Below, one piece after another: positions 48,410-61,434 of a stretch of DNA of 64,000 nt. Under the pieces are notes generated by a model that had not been told where the DNA came from, searched no databases, and was given only the letters and a program-made list of their open reading frames with translations. The DNA is from Mobula hypostoma (taxonomy: Eukaryota), in assembly GCF_963921235.1 (NCBI RefSeq), contig NC_086100.1, forward strand, positions 204,850,001 to 204,914,000, written 5' to 3'. The position numbers and the translations under genes were made by a program. Each line of letters begins with the position of its first letter. Within the stretch, counting starts at the first letter, position 1.

Positions 48410-49320
48410 GAGCTTCCTCTACCATCAACGCTGCCCTTGCCCCCATCTATTCCATTTCGCTCACACCGGATCCTCCCGCCGCAATACCAGGGATAGGCTT
48501 CCTCTTGTCCTCACCTACCACCACATTAGCCTTCGCATCCAGCACATAATTCTCCGTAACTTTCGCCATCTCCAATGGGATCCCACCACCGAGCATGTCT
48601 CACCCCCTCCCCCTCCACTCCCCGCCACTTTCAACTTCGCAGGGATCGCTCCCTACGCGAATCTAATGTCCATTCGTCCCTCTCCACTGATCTCCCTGCT
48701 TGTACTCATTCTTGCCAGCTACACCTGCCCGTACACCTCCTCCTTTATTGCCATTCGGGACCGCCAGCAGTGCTTCCAGGTGATGCGACATTTCACCTGT
48801 GAATTTGTTGGCGTCATCTACCGCATCTGGTGTTCTAGGTGTGGCCTCCTGTATATTGGTGAGACCCAACGTAGTTTGGGAGACCATTTCACCGCGAACA
48901 TGTACTCCAGAAAAGGCGGGATCACCCTTTAGTCAACGATTTTAATACAACTTCCCATTCACATTCCGACATGTCAGTCCATGGCCTCCTCTACTGGCAC
49001 GATGAGTTCACACTCAGCTTAGAGGAACAACACCTTATATTCCATCTGGGTAGCCTCCAACCTGATGGCATGAACATCGATTTCTCGAAGTTCCTGAAAT
49101 AAGATTCTTCCATATTCTTCGACCCTCTCCTATCAAATTTCCATTTCTCCAGCCCTTTACCCTTTCACTAATCAAATTCCTAGCTTTTCACTTTGTCCCC
49201 TACTGACTCTGACCTCGTTTTCTTTCTGGTCCTGATGAAGCGTTATGATCTGAAACTTCGACTGTTTATTCCTTTCCATAGATGCTTTTTGACCAGCAGA
49301 GTTTCTCCAGCATTTTGTGT
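48410..49320 (+). mobile_element. Older decayed Penelope-like element
   Basis: ORF 48666-48932 (HFTCEFVGVIYRIWCSRCGLLYIGET), homologous to 30726-31788; degenerate hammerhead at 49227-49263. Confidence 0.88.
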
Positions 49321-49448
49321 TTAAATCCCTGCCATTTATTTGCTCTGTTTTATTTGTGTTATTCAGAGCATTACCAGCAGTTGGGACGCTCTTCCACCGA
49401 GAAGGAATTTAAGAAGACAGCAATCATCCATCATCAGTCAGAGTCAGA

Positions 49449-49458
49449 ATGGACGCAG
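49449..49458 (+). CDS. NLR putative first coding exon (exon 49367-49458; encodes M-D-A, ends in phase 1)
   Basis: Acceptor tttgtgttattcAG at 49366; donor CAG|GTATGC; Kozak-like agaATGG preceded by an in-frame TAA; phase matches the next exon. Confidence 0.55.
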
Positions 49459-49484
49459 GTATGCTCAGTGGGCTTTCTTTGTCC

Positions 49485-52400
49485 ATAAGACCATAAAACC
49501 ATAAGACAAAGGAGCAGAAGTAGGCCATTCTGCCCATTGAGTCTGCTCCGCCATTTTATCATGAGCTGATCCATTTTCTCCTATATTAGTCCCACTCCCC
49601 TGCCTTCTCACCATAACCTTTGATGCCCTGGCTACTCAGATACCTATCAACCTCTGCCTTAAATACATCCAATGACTTGGCCTCCACTGCTGCCCGTGGC
49701 AACAAATTCCATAGATTCACCACCATCTGACTAAAAAAATTTCTTCGCATTTCTGTTCTGAAAGGGCGCCCTTCAATCCTTAAGTCATGCCCTCTCGTAC
49801 TAGACTCCCCCATCATGGGAAACAACTTTGTCACATCCACTCTGTCCATGCCTTTTAACATTCAAAATGTTTCTATGAGGTCTCCCCTCATTCTTCTAAA
49901 TTCCAAGGAATACAGTCAAAGAGCGGACAAACGTTCCTCATATGTTAACCCTCTCATTCCCGAATCATTCTAGTGAATCTTCTTTGTACCCTCTCCAACA
50001 TCAGCACATCCTTTCTTAAATAAGGAGACCAAAACTGCCCACAGTACTCCAAGTGAGGTCTCACCAGCGCCTTATAGATCCTCAACATCACATCCCTGCT
50101 CCTATACTCTATTCCTCTAGAAATGAATGCCAACATTGCATTCGCCTTCTTCACTACTGACTCAACCTGGAGGTTGACTTTAAGGATATCCTGTACGAGG
50201 ACTCCCAAGTCCCGTTGCATCTCAGAATTTTGAATTCTTTCTCCATTTAAATAATAGTCTGCCCGTTTATTTTTTTCTGTCTAAGTGCATAACCATACAT
50301 TTTCCAACATTGTACTTCATTTCCCACTTCTCTGCCCATTCTTCCAATCTATCCAAGTCTCTCTGCAGACTCTCCGTTTCCTCAGCACTACCGGCCCCTC
50401 CACCTATCTTCGTATCGTCAGCAAACTTAGCCACAAAGCCATCTATTCCATAATCTAAATCGTTGATGTACAATGTAAAAAGAAGCGGCCCCAGCACTGA
50501 TCCCTGCGAAACACCACTGGTAACCGGCAGCCAACCAGAATAGGATCCCTTTATTCCCACTCTCTGTTTCCTGCCAATCAGCCAACGCTCTATCCACATA
50601 TGTAACTTTCCCGTAATTCCATGGGCTCTTATCTTGTTAAGTAGCCTCATGTGTGCCACCTTGTCAAAGACCTTCTGAACATCCAAATCTACAACATCCA
50701 CTACGTCGCCCTTGTCTAGCCTACTTGTAATTTCCTCAAAAAATTGTATTAGGTTTGTCAGACAGGATTTTCCTTTAAGGAATCCATGCTGAGTTCTGCC
50801 TATCTTGTCATATGCCTCCAGGTACTCCGTAACCTCATCCTTGACAATCGACTCCAACAATTTCCCAACCACGGATGTCAAGCTAACAGGTCTATAATTT
50901 CCTTTTTGCTTCCTTGCCCCCTTCTTAAATAGCGGAGTGACATTTGCAATCTTCCAGTCCTCCAGAACCATGCCAGAATCTATCGACTTTTCAAAGATCA
51001 TCGCTAATGCCTCCGCAATCTCTATAGCTACTTCCTTCAGAACACGAGGGTCCATTCCATCTGGTCCAGGAGATTTATCTACCTTTAGACTATTCAGCTT
51101 CCTGAATACTGTCTCTGTCGTAATTGTGACTGCGCACACTTCTCTTCCCTTCCACCCTTGAGTGTCCGGTATACTGCTGTCTTCCTCAGTGAAGACTGAT
51201 GCAAAATACTTGTTCAGTTCCTCTGCCATCTCCTCATCTCCCATTACAATTTCTCCAGCATCATTTTCTATCGGTCCTATATCTACTCTCACCTGTCTTT
51301 TACTCTTTATATACTTGAAAAAGCTTTTAGTATCCGCTTCGATATTATGTGCTAGCTTCCTTTCATAGTTAACCTTTTCTCTCTTAATGACCTTCTTGGC
51401 TTCCTTTTATAAAGTTTTAAAAACTTACCAATCCTCTCTCTTCCCACTAATTTTTGCTTCCTTGTATGCCCTCTCTTTTGCTTTAACTTTGGCTTTGACT
51501 TCTCTTGTCAACCACGGTTGCATCCTTTTTCCACTCGAAAATTTCTTCTTTTTTGGAATATACCTGTCTTGCACATTCTTCATTTCTCGCATAAACTCCA
51601 GCCACTGCTGCTCTGCTGTCTTTCCCGCCAGTGTCTCTTTACAGTCCACTTTGGCCAGTTCCTCTCTCATGCCACTGTAATTTCCTTTACTCCACTGAAA
51701 TAACGACACATCAGATTTTGGCTTCTCTTTTTCTAATTTCACAGTCAACTCAACCATGTTATCATCACTGCCTCCTAAGGGTTCCTTCACCTCAATTTCT
51801 CCAATCAACTACGGTTCATTACACAATACCCAATCCAGTATAGCCGATCCCCTGGTAGGCTCAACAATAAGCTGTTCTAAAAAGCCATCTTGCAGACATT
51901 CTACAAATTCTCTCTCTTGAGATCCAGTGCTGACCTGATTTTCCCAATCTACTCGCATGTTAAAATCCCCCACAATTATCATAACACTGCCCTTCTGACA
52001 AGCCTTTTCTATTTCCAGTTGTAATTTGTAGTCCACATCCCTGCAGCTGTTTGGAGGCCTATAAATAACTGCCATCAGGGTCCTTTTACCCCTGCTATTT
52101 CTTAGCTCAACCAATAAAGATTCTGCACCTTCCGATCCTATATCACCTCTTTCTAATGATTTAATATTATTTCTTACCAATAAAGCCACGCCTCCTGCTC
52201 TGCCTACCTTCCTATCCTACCTATACACCGTGTATCCTTGGACGTTCAGCTCCCAGAGACATGCATCCTTTAGCCAGGTCTCAGTGATGGCCACAATATC
52301 ATACCTGCCAATCTGTAGCTGTACAACAAGATCATCCACCTTATTCCTTATGCTGCGTGCATTTAAGTACAACACCTTAAGACCAGTATTTGATACTCCT

Positions 52401-52790
52401 TGCTTTGATTTCACTGCAACTTTATTGCACTGCAACTCATCCCAATGGCTACAAATTTGCCCCATCACCTGCCTGTCTTTCCTAACATCTTTACTGCTCA
52501 CTATCTTAGATTTATTTCTGTTTTCCCCTTCCTCCGCTCTATCATTCCGGTTCCCAACCCCCTGCCAAATTAGTTTAAACCCTCCCTAACAGCTCTACTA
52601 AACTTTCCCGCCAGGATATTGGTCTCCTTCGGGTTCAGGTGTAACCTGTCCTTTTTGAACAGGTCATACTTCCCCCAGAAGAGATCCCAATTATCCAAGA
52701 ATCTGGAGCCCTGCCCCCTACACCAGTCTCTCAGCCAGGCATTCATCTGCCTGATCCGACTACTCTTGCCCTCGCTAGCACGTGTCAATT
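49485..52790 (-). mobile_element. CR1 LINE: ORF1 end plus full ORF2 span with stops/frameshifts (in the putative NLR intron)
   Basis: ORFs 52570-52788 (DRLHLN), 52217-52501, 51809-52189, 51425-51808, 50267-51292, 49954-50220 and 49586-49861; (CCATAAGA)n tail. Confidence 0.95.
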
Positions 52791-53300
52791 AAACCTCCGT
52801 CCGTATGGTGCACATATAACATAGAACTAAGACAAAAGAACATATAAATCTACTGCACATTGCAGGCTCCTAGCTCAGTGTTGTTCCGACCATGTAACCT
52901 ACTCTAGAAACTGTTTAGTAAAGCGGCCTTGAATACTGGCACAGTTCGTCAGTTCCAGCGCAGGATCCTAATACTAGGCATGTCTAATCAATCCGCCGCT
53001 CACGATGCAAATCTTCACCTGAGTGAAAAGAGAACGATTCCTGAATGAGATGGATGTGGGTGAAACACAGAAAGGATTCCATCGGCGATTGTGTGGGCAA
53101 TGTAACATTCAAGGGAACAGGCAGAATTTCTTTCATCCCTTGGCACACCCTGATTTGAGAAATGATCCAAGTGTCAGTGGGAGGAACGGCTGTTATTTCA
53201 TTTGTAGAAGGCAGCGTCGGGTCGTTGGAACATTGCTGGGAATTTAGTGTCTGAGTTATGAGAGCATATTTCATATTTTGAACGGGCAACAGCGAATAGG

Positions 53301-54745
53301 GTGGCTAATGTAACCCCACTTTTTAAAAAAGGAGGGAGAGAGAAACTGGGGAATTATAGACTGGTTAGCCTAACGTCGGTGGTGGGGAAACTGCTGGAGT
53401 CAGTTATCAAGGATGTGATAACAGCACATTTGGAAAGCGGTGAAATGATCGGACAAAGTCAGCATGGATTTGTGAAAGGAAAATCATGTCTGACGAATCT
53501 CATAGAATTTTTTGAGGATGTAACTAGTAGAGTGGATAGGGGAGAACCAGTGGACGTGGTATATTTGGATTTTCAAATGGCTTTTGACAAAGTCCCACAC
53601 AGGAGATTAGTGTGCAAACTTAAAGCACACGGTATTGGGGGTAAGGTATTGGTGTGGGTGGAGAATTGGTTAGCAGACAGGAAGCAAAGAGTGGGAATAA
53701 ACGGGACCTTTTCAGAATGGCAGGCGGTGACTAGTGGGGTACCGCAAGGCTCAGTGCTGGGACCCCAGTTGTTTACAATATATATTAATGACTTGGATGA
53801 GGGAATTAAATGCAGCATCTCCAAGTTTGCGGATGACACGAAGCTGGGTGGCAGTGTTAGCAGTGAGGAGGATGCTAAGAGGGTGCAGGGTGACTTGGAT
53901 AGGTTGGGTGAGTGGGCAAATTCATGGCAGATGCAGTTTAATGTGGATAAATGTGAAGTTATCCACTTTGGTGGCAAAAATAGGAAAACAGATTATTATC
54001 TGAATGGTGGCCGATTAGGAAAAGGGGAGGTGCAACGAGACCTGGGTGTCATTATACACCAGTCATTGAAAGTGGGCATGCAGGTACAGCAGGCGGTGAA
54101 AAAGGCGACTGGTATGCTGGCATTTATAGCGAGAGGATTCGAGTACAGGAGCAGGGAGGTACTACTGCAGTTGTACAAGGCCTTGGTGAGACCACACCTG
54201 GAGTATTGTGTGCAGTTTTGGTCCCCTAATCTGAGGAAAGACATCTTTGCCATAGAGGGAGTACAAAGAAGGTTCACCAGATTGATTCCTGGGATGGCAG
54301 GACTTTCATATGAAGAAAGACTGGATGAACTGGGCTTGTACTCGTTGGAATTTAGAAGATTGAGGGGGGATCTGATTGAAACGTATAAGATCCTAAAGGG
54401 ATTGGACAGGCTAGATGCAGGAAGATTGTTCCCGATGTTGGGGAAGTCCAGAACGAGGGGTCACAGTTTGAGGATAGACGGGAAGCCTTTTAGGACCGAG
54501 ATTAGGAAAAACTTCTTCACACAGAGAGTGGTGAATCTGTGGAATTCTCTGCTACAGGAAACAGTTGAGGCCAGTTCATTGGCTATATTTAAGAAGGAGT
54601 TAGATATGGCCCTTGTGGCTACGGGGGTCAGGGGGTATGGAGGGAAGGCTGGGGCGGGGTTCTGAGTTGGATGATCAGCCATGATGATAATAAATGGCGG
54701 TGCAGACTCGAAGGGCCGAATGGCCTACTCCTGCACCTATTTTCT
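53301..54745 (+). mobile_element. Young 5'-truncated CR1 with uninterrupted 454-aa RT/C-terminal ORF
   Basis: ORF 53301-54665 is open to the native stop; (TTTCTATG)3 tail. Confidence 0.95.
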
Positions 54746-55929
54746 ATGTTTCTATGTTTCTATGTTTAATATCCAGTTGCTTTTTCGGATAGTAGCTTAA
54801 CGATCATGAACGTAGCTTCCCGGAGTCTGATTCAGTGGCCGAAATACAGAACATTACAGATTGTGGAGCCGTTATAGCTCACCGTAGACAAAGTATCTTT
54901 ACCAGATTTGTGGTCTGTTAATCTGTTATAATGCTCAAATGATGGTCTTAGTTGATTAATGTGAAAGTGTGTTTCTTAAAGTGTGCTTAAGGTCCTTCGA
55001 CCCAAACATGGAGTGGGGGTTATCTTTTGAGTAATATAAAGAATAGAGGAAAAACTTAGACGTGTAATTTAAGCGGTCTTCCCGGACAATTAACTGACCT
55101 TACCGTATAGGATCAAAGCAAACCAAAAGTGTATCCAGAGAGAATTTGCAGGAATTCAGCAGGTCAGGCAGCATCAATGAGGGGAAAGGAAAAAATACCG
55201 TTTCGGGTTCAGAGTGTTCAGCAGATAATTAGTAAATTAATTATAAAGTTGGCTTAGCCGCACAAAGGAGAGACAGAAATGGATGGGGATTTCTGACTAG
55301 AGGGCTGTGTCCAGTAGTGTTCTACAAGAATCATTGATCCCGTTGTTGTGCGATCTAGGTGAGGAAGTACATAGATAGATAAAAAGTAGAGACACAAGTA
55401 GATATGGTACAAAAGACGAGTAACAGTATTGGTCGAGGTGTAGCTTGGTCGAAATTTTGAAAGGTCGTGCTGTAGCTTGTTGAAACTTTACTTTAGAAAC
55501 AATTTCAGTATTGTTCGCACAACTGATAACTACATCACAGGAATGATATGGAGGATTAACAAAGATACTGCCTGGATTACAGAATATTAGACATCAGGAG
55601 AGGTTGTACAACGTTAGATTCCCTTGGAAGATGATATTTTACCTCATAGAAGTTAAAATTTAGGAGAGGCATGGATAAAGCATACAGTCTTTGACTCAGA
55701 GTGCAAAATATCAAATACTAGAGGAAATAGGTTGAAGGTGAAAGTTTGAAGGGGATTTAGGATGTATGATTTCCACTGAGACTGATCGGTGTCTGGAATG
55801 TGCTTTCAAGAGAGCTCTTGAGTAAGTAGGAAACGGCAGGATATTGACCGTATGCCTGTCTATGGGATTAGTTTAAATTCACACCGTGGTCGGCACAATC
55901 ATGCTGTGATTTACTATTGTTGTCCACAG

Positions 55930-56096
55930 TTCGGAACTCTGCAATCTCTTCCTTCCTGTCACATTGTGTTGATCACCAACTGTTCCGGTTGACGAAATTC
56001 TATCGGGACCGACTGGAGCAGGCGATTGAGGAGGGTGTGGAGGAACTCGGCCTCATGTTAACAGGCGAGGATCACTTCACGGGACGGGAGTATCAC
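55930..56096 (+). CDS. NLR exon, CARD-like N-terminal half
   Basis: ttgttgtccacAG | (V)RNSAISSFLSHCVDHQLFRLTKFYRDRLEQAIEEGVEELGLMLTGEDHFTGREYH | GTAAGT; phase 1 to 0. Confidence 0.85.
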
Positions 56097-56799
56097 GTAA
56101 GTCTAAAGGACACAGACTGAGTGCAGATTCTGCTAAAGCTATCACAGACGCACAGTACCGGTGCAGAAGAAATGTCGGACATTGAAAGGCCGAGATGCTT
56201 GTGGTCAATAGAAACCATAGAAACCACAGAAACTACAGCACAGAAACAGGCCTTATGGCCCTTTATAATAATAACAGAAATGTCCCCAGATGCAGGTACA
56301 CTTATCCTTTATTCAACCAATAGTAGCCTCTCTGATTTTTAGGCAGGTTACGGTGCAGCCAATCACTGACAGGAGACTTTGGTACTATGGCACTTGACGG
56401 AACTTGCAAGTGGACAGAAAACCACTTTGCACCAATCTGTCTCATTTCCCATTATACTCGCGAAGCTCGATCTTAATTGCTACACACCAGTTTGCGTTTG
56501 CTTCATAGCCAGTGGATTTCCCGCAAATAAATTGTATAGTGACTTATTTCGCAGATCACCTCCCCAGTCTACCTTCAGCCCCAGCATATATTGACCAGAC
56601 ACTGCTGAATATCGTCTCTCTTGTGTACGGCAGAAACGGTTGTATTTGAGCAATTACCCCGACATGCCTCGTGGTTCTGTGAACTTCTGTTACTTGTGAC
56701 TGTTATATTTACAGCTTAAAAATCCTACCGTATATACTGTTAAGATCATAAGACATATGATCAGAATTAGGGTATTCGACCCGTCGAGTCTGATCGCCA

Positions 56800-57198
56800 T
56801 GCTGCCAAGATAATCAAGGACACGACCCACCCAGCCAACACACTTTTCGTCCCTCTTCCCTCCGGGAGAAGGCTCAGGACCTTGAAGACTCGTACGGCCA
56901 GATTTGGGAACAGCTTTTTTCCAACTGTGATAAGACTACTGAACGGATCCTGACCCAGATCTGGGCCGTACCCTCCAAATATCCGGACCTGCCTCCCGTT
57001 GTTTTTCTTTGCACTATCTTACTTTCCCTCTTCTATTTACTATTTATGATTTATAATTTACATTTAACAATTTTTAATATTTTCTATCGACTTGTACTCT
57101 AGGGAGCACGAAGAGCAGAATCAAATACCGCTGTGATGATTTTACGCTTTAGTATCAATTGTTTGGAGACAATAAAGTATAAGGTATCACAAAGTATC
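56800..57198 (+). mobile_element. Rex1/Babar 3' end (third family)
   Basis: Translates AAKIIKDTTHPANTLFVPLPSGRRLR..FGNSFFPTVIRLLN; AATAAA plus a (aagtat)-like tail. Confidence 0.8.
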
Positions 57199-57284
57199 AT
57201 TGCTCTCGACCCCACTTTCCTGCCTTTCCCCATAACCTTTGAACACCTTAATAATCAAGAACCTATCAATCTCCTGTTTAAATG

Positions 57285-58200
57285 GATGGACGTATTGTAT
57301 ATGGATTTCAGTAAGGCATTTGACAACTTTCCCCACACAAGGCTCGTTTAGAAAGTAAGGAAGTATAGTATCGAAGGAGACCTTGCTGAGATCCAAACTT
57401 GGCTAAACCACAGAAGGCCAAGGGTGGTTGTAGCTGTTACGTATTCTGCAAAGAGTTCGGTGACTCCTCCTCTTTGTGATTTTTATAAATTACCTGGATG
57501 AGGAAGTAGAAGGGTGGGTTAGTAAGTTTGCTGATGACACTAAGTTTTCCGGTGTTGTGGACAGACTGAAAGGTTGTCAGAGGTTACAGCGGGACATCGA
57601 GAGGATGCAGAACTGGGCTGGGAAGTGGCAGATGGAGGTCAAACCAGACAAGTGTGAAGTGGTTCAAATTGATAGTTCAGATTTGAAGACAAAATATCAT
57701 AGTAATGGTAAGAGTCTTGGCAGTGTGGAGGATTACGGAGATCTTGACGTCAGTGTCCAAAGGTCGCTCAAAGCTGCTACGCAGGTTGACAGTGTTTTTA
57801 AGAAGGTGTGTGGTGTGTTGGTATTTATCAACCGTGGGATAGAGTTCAAGAGCCGTGCGGTAATGTTACAGCGATATAAGACCGAGGTTAGACCCCCCCC
57901 CCCCCCCGCCTTGAGTTACTGTGTTCAGTTCTGGTACCTCACAACAGAAAAGAAGTGGATACTGTCGAGATGGCGCAGAAGAGATTTACACGGATAGTGC
58001 TGGATTAGAGAGCGTTTCTTATGAGAATAGGTTGAGTGATCTTAAAAAACCTATGTTTTTTAAGACATAGGTACTTGGAGTTTAGAAACATAGATGGCTA
58101 TGTGGTAGGGAAATTTCAGGCAGTTTCTAGAGTAGGTTATATGGTCGACACAACATTGTGGGCCGAATGGCCTGTAATTTGCTGCAGGTTTCTATGTCCT
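57285..58200 (+). mobile_element. Decayed CR1 RT/3' fragment
   Basis: MDVLYMDFSKAFD; ORF 57476-57997 (FADD). Confidence 0.8.
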
Positions 58201-58214
58201 ATATATACCTATAT

Positions 58215-58585
58215 AGACCATAAGACCATAAGACAAAGGAGCAGAAGTCGGCCGTTCGGCCCATCAAGTCTGCTCCGCCATTTTATCATGAGCTGATCCA
58301 TTCTCCCATCTAGTCCCACTCCCCCGCCTGCTCACCATAACCTTTGATGCCCTGGCTAATCAGATACCTATCAATCTCTGCCTTAAATACACCCAATGAC
58401 TTGGCCTCCACTGCTGCCCGTGGCAACAAATTCCATAGATTCACCACCCTCTGAGTAAAAAAAATTCTTCTCATTTCTGTTCTGAATAGGCGCCCTTCAA
58501 TCCTTAAATCATGCCCTCTCGTACTAGACTCCTTCATCATGGGAAAAAAACTTTGCCACATCCACTCTGTCCATGTCTTTCAACA
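58215..58585 (-). mobile_element. CR1 3' tip (family of 49485-52790)
   Basis: Near-identical to 20435-20805 and 49490-49860. Confidence 0.88.
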
Positions 58586-59257
58586 ATATATGTCTTGGCT
58601 TCCACGGTTTTCAGTGGCAATCAATTCCACAGATTCACCACCCTCTGGAAAAAGAAATGTTAACATAAAGTTTGCTGAATTAGCATCAATAAACCCACAA
58701 TATGCTAAGTATGCGTAAGTTACCGCAAAATTAACTAGAGACCGCCTTCTAATTACCACTCTGTACTGGGGTCACATTCACCTATTGTCACCCAGACTGA
58801 ATGGTACCGCTGAGCCGCACATGATATCTAAACATAACGTTCCCCTTTTGATGTCTGATAATTCCAGTCCAAACTCTTTTTTTCGCCATTACTGCCAGTT
58901 GCATTGATCTTCCTGACATGCGCAGAACTCCTGAAATTGCTGGCTGCTCCTCGGTGCAAGTTCGCAGCAGTAGGCTGAGACCGGAACACTCATGGTGCCA
59001 GGCAATTAAGCGTGAGCCTGCCACCGTCCATCACGTGAACCTGCTGCTTTTTACCAGCTGTTTTCCCCGGGAAACCAGTCAGTGACACTGTCATTGCTCT
59101 ACCTGGTGTTTTATCTGTCTTTGTCCAGGATGGACCTGTACCCGTCCAGTGTCCACACTCACTGTTCCTGCAGATCCTGTCCGACAGTCGACCCTTTCCT
59201 CCTGCCTACAGCCCGCCTCCCTCCGCTCCTCAATATATTCCCCTTTGTTCGTTACAG

Positions 59258-59429
59258 AGCGTCACTGAGCTCGCGGAGAAGGGAAACCGAGCGAGCGCTT
59301 CCAAACTCCTCCTGGATCTGGTGATGGAGAAGGGCTCCGGGGTCCGGAGGGTGTTGTGGGAATCCTTTGTGAAAATACATCACAATTTACCGAAGCTGAG
59401 CAGAATATTGAAGGAAATACAGGAATGTG
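59258..59429 (+). CDS. NLR exon, CARD-like C-terminal half
   Basis: ccctttgttcgttacAG | SVTELAEKGNRASASKLLLDLVMEKGSGVRRVLWESFVKIHHNLPKLSRILKEIQEC | GTACGG; phase 0 to 1; LLDLVxxKG is a CARD-type motif. Confidence 0.85.
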
Positions 59430-59529
59430 GTACGGTGAACAATACACTGTGTGTTACAGATGTAGATGCTGCCGAATTTAAAGTATTGCAGAGAGCAGAC
59501 TTCATATAGGGTCAATCTGTTTTCAACAG

Positions 59530-59595
59530 GTGATGCCCAGTTCTCCTACATGGACAGGGAGCGGCGTTTATCTGAAGTGCCCACCCACCTGAAAG
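59530..59595 (+). CDS. NLR 66-nt linker exon
   Basis: ctgttttcaacAG | (G)DAQFSYMDRERRLSEVPTHLK | GTAAGC; phase 1 to 1; follows a 100-bp intron. Confidence 0.82.
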
Positions 59596-60139
59596 GTAAG
59601 CTGAAATACCAAAATTTTTATTTCACTCTGCGGATATGTACCCCTGTTTAGCTCGTATTGGAATCTGGGTGCCTGGAGGATTGGAAGCCATTCAGATTTG
59701 CCATAGTCCTCAGACACCCTGCCAAGTTTCGAGCTTTCGAGCAGAAACCTCCAACACGAGTCCATTAATCGGCCGTGCTGATGGATGCCGTTAGTAAGAA
59801 TGTGGGAATTCTACGTTCCGGAGCGCCGGCAAGAGGCGTCGAGAGTTGTCAACTCTTCCAACAAATAAAGGCAGAATGATCCCAGCATGAATCCCAGTCT
59901 AGGAAGACTCACACCCGGAATGCAGTGGCCTAGCACAACATTCATGTCAGATCCTGAGAGGAGAGGAGAATGTGGAGACGTTACAGCGAATTGAGGACTA
60001 CCACTAGCTCAAATTGGCAATGGTTTGATATTGAGAGTTTCAATCTCAAGGAAATGACAGGGGAGCCAGAACAGTATGTGGAAAGTAAAAATAATCAAAT
60101 GTTGGGATTTACAATTTTCCCTGATGTTGTGATGGATAC

Positions 60140-61075
60140 ACAGTGTCATAGACTCTTACAACATGGAATCGTGGCCTTTGGCCAAACACATCCGCACGAA
60201 TAGTGTTACCCAGCGAGTTCGTCCCATCTTCCTGCATCTGGCCCATAACCCTCTAAAACTCTCCCGCCCATGTGCGTATCTGGTGCCTTCAACATTGATA
60301 ATGTGCCCTGATCACCCACTATATCTGTTAGTTCATTCCAAGTACGTGTCAAGAGGTTGTCCCCAAAGCTTCTTTCGACTCTTTTCCTTCTGATCTTAAC
60401 GCTAAACTCTCTTGTTGTTCGCACCACATCTCCGGGGCAAAGACGTTGAGCGCCCCGTCTGTGTCCATCATGATATTGTACTTCTATCCGCCCATCCCTC
60501 AATCTCCTAGATTCCATCGAATAATATCCAATTCTATGCAATCTCTCCTTGTATCTCTGGTCGTCGAGTTCTGACAACATCTTGGTGGACCTTTTTTACA
60601 CTTCCCCTAGTTTACTAACATCTTTATTATGACAAGGTGACCAAATCTGTACAGTTACTCCTATTGAGTCAGTGACATCTTACAACTGCAAAGTGTGCTC
60701 AAGACACTGACCGATGTAGGTCAGTCTGCCGAAAGCCTTCTTCACCATCCTATCTACCTGAGATGCTCCTTTCAGTGAACTCTGCACTGGCACGCCCACA
60801 TCCCTCTGTTTAATAACAGAACAGCAGGGCGCTACTATTTGCTTTATACTACAGGCATTAAAGGAGATATCAGAGGTAGTTTTCTTTATCCTTTACACAG
60901 AGAGTGGTGTCCGGAATGCTCTGCTGGGGTTAATGGCTAAAGCTGATACATTAAGGGCATTCAAGGGACTCTAAAATAGGCAAATGGATGAAAGCAATAT
61001 TGCACATTATGGACTACTAAGGAGTGGTGGATTTGAGTGATCGTAGCGTTTCTTAAAAAGGTCGGTACAAAAGCC
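60140..61075. mobile_element. Decayed CR1 3' pieces (minus 60140-60840; plus 60860-61075)
   Basis: ORF 60206-60580 (YKERLHRIGYYSMESRRLR). Confidence 0.7.
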
Positions 61076-61434
61076 CAGTTCAACAGATTTTAAACTGTAA
61101 AAAGAGTGTGTATCTCCCCCTCTGTAAAATCAGAAAATTGAAATATCCAGGACTGTGCGTTGACCTCGTGTTCATCAGAGCTTTGTGAAACTGCAATTAT
61201 TAACAAAGGGGCAAATGCCACTATCAAGGAAGACATGAACGCATGGAGTGGTAGAGCTGTGAAGTTGAAATGATTGTGCTATCGTATTCATTTTCAGCAC
61301 TGCAGGTATGCCGGGATCCCCACCGGCAGACAAACATTGTCTGAACTTCTGCAAAACCTTTCGCAGAGAAAATGTGTTGGGGGATTCATGATGATTAGAA
61401 TCGACACTTACATTTTTTTCCATAATGTCCTCAG

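Noticed and set aside
2336..54745. Many RT ORFs as a retron, DGR or other novel RT system
   Set aside because: All carry CR1 or Rex motifs, microsatellite tails and decay typical of vertebrate LINEs.
61425..61434. ATG at 61425 as the NLR start codon
   Set aside because: It lies within the splice acceptor region, and upstream in-phase exons exist.
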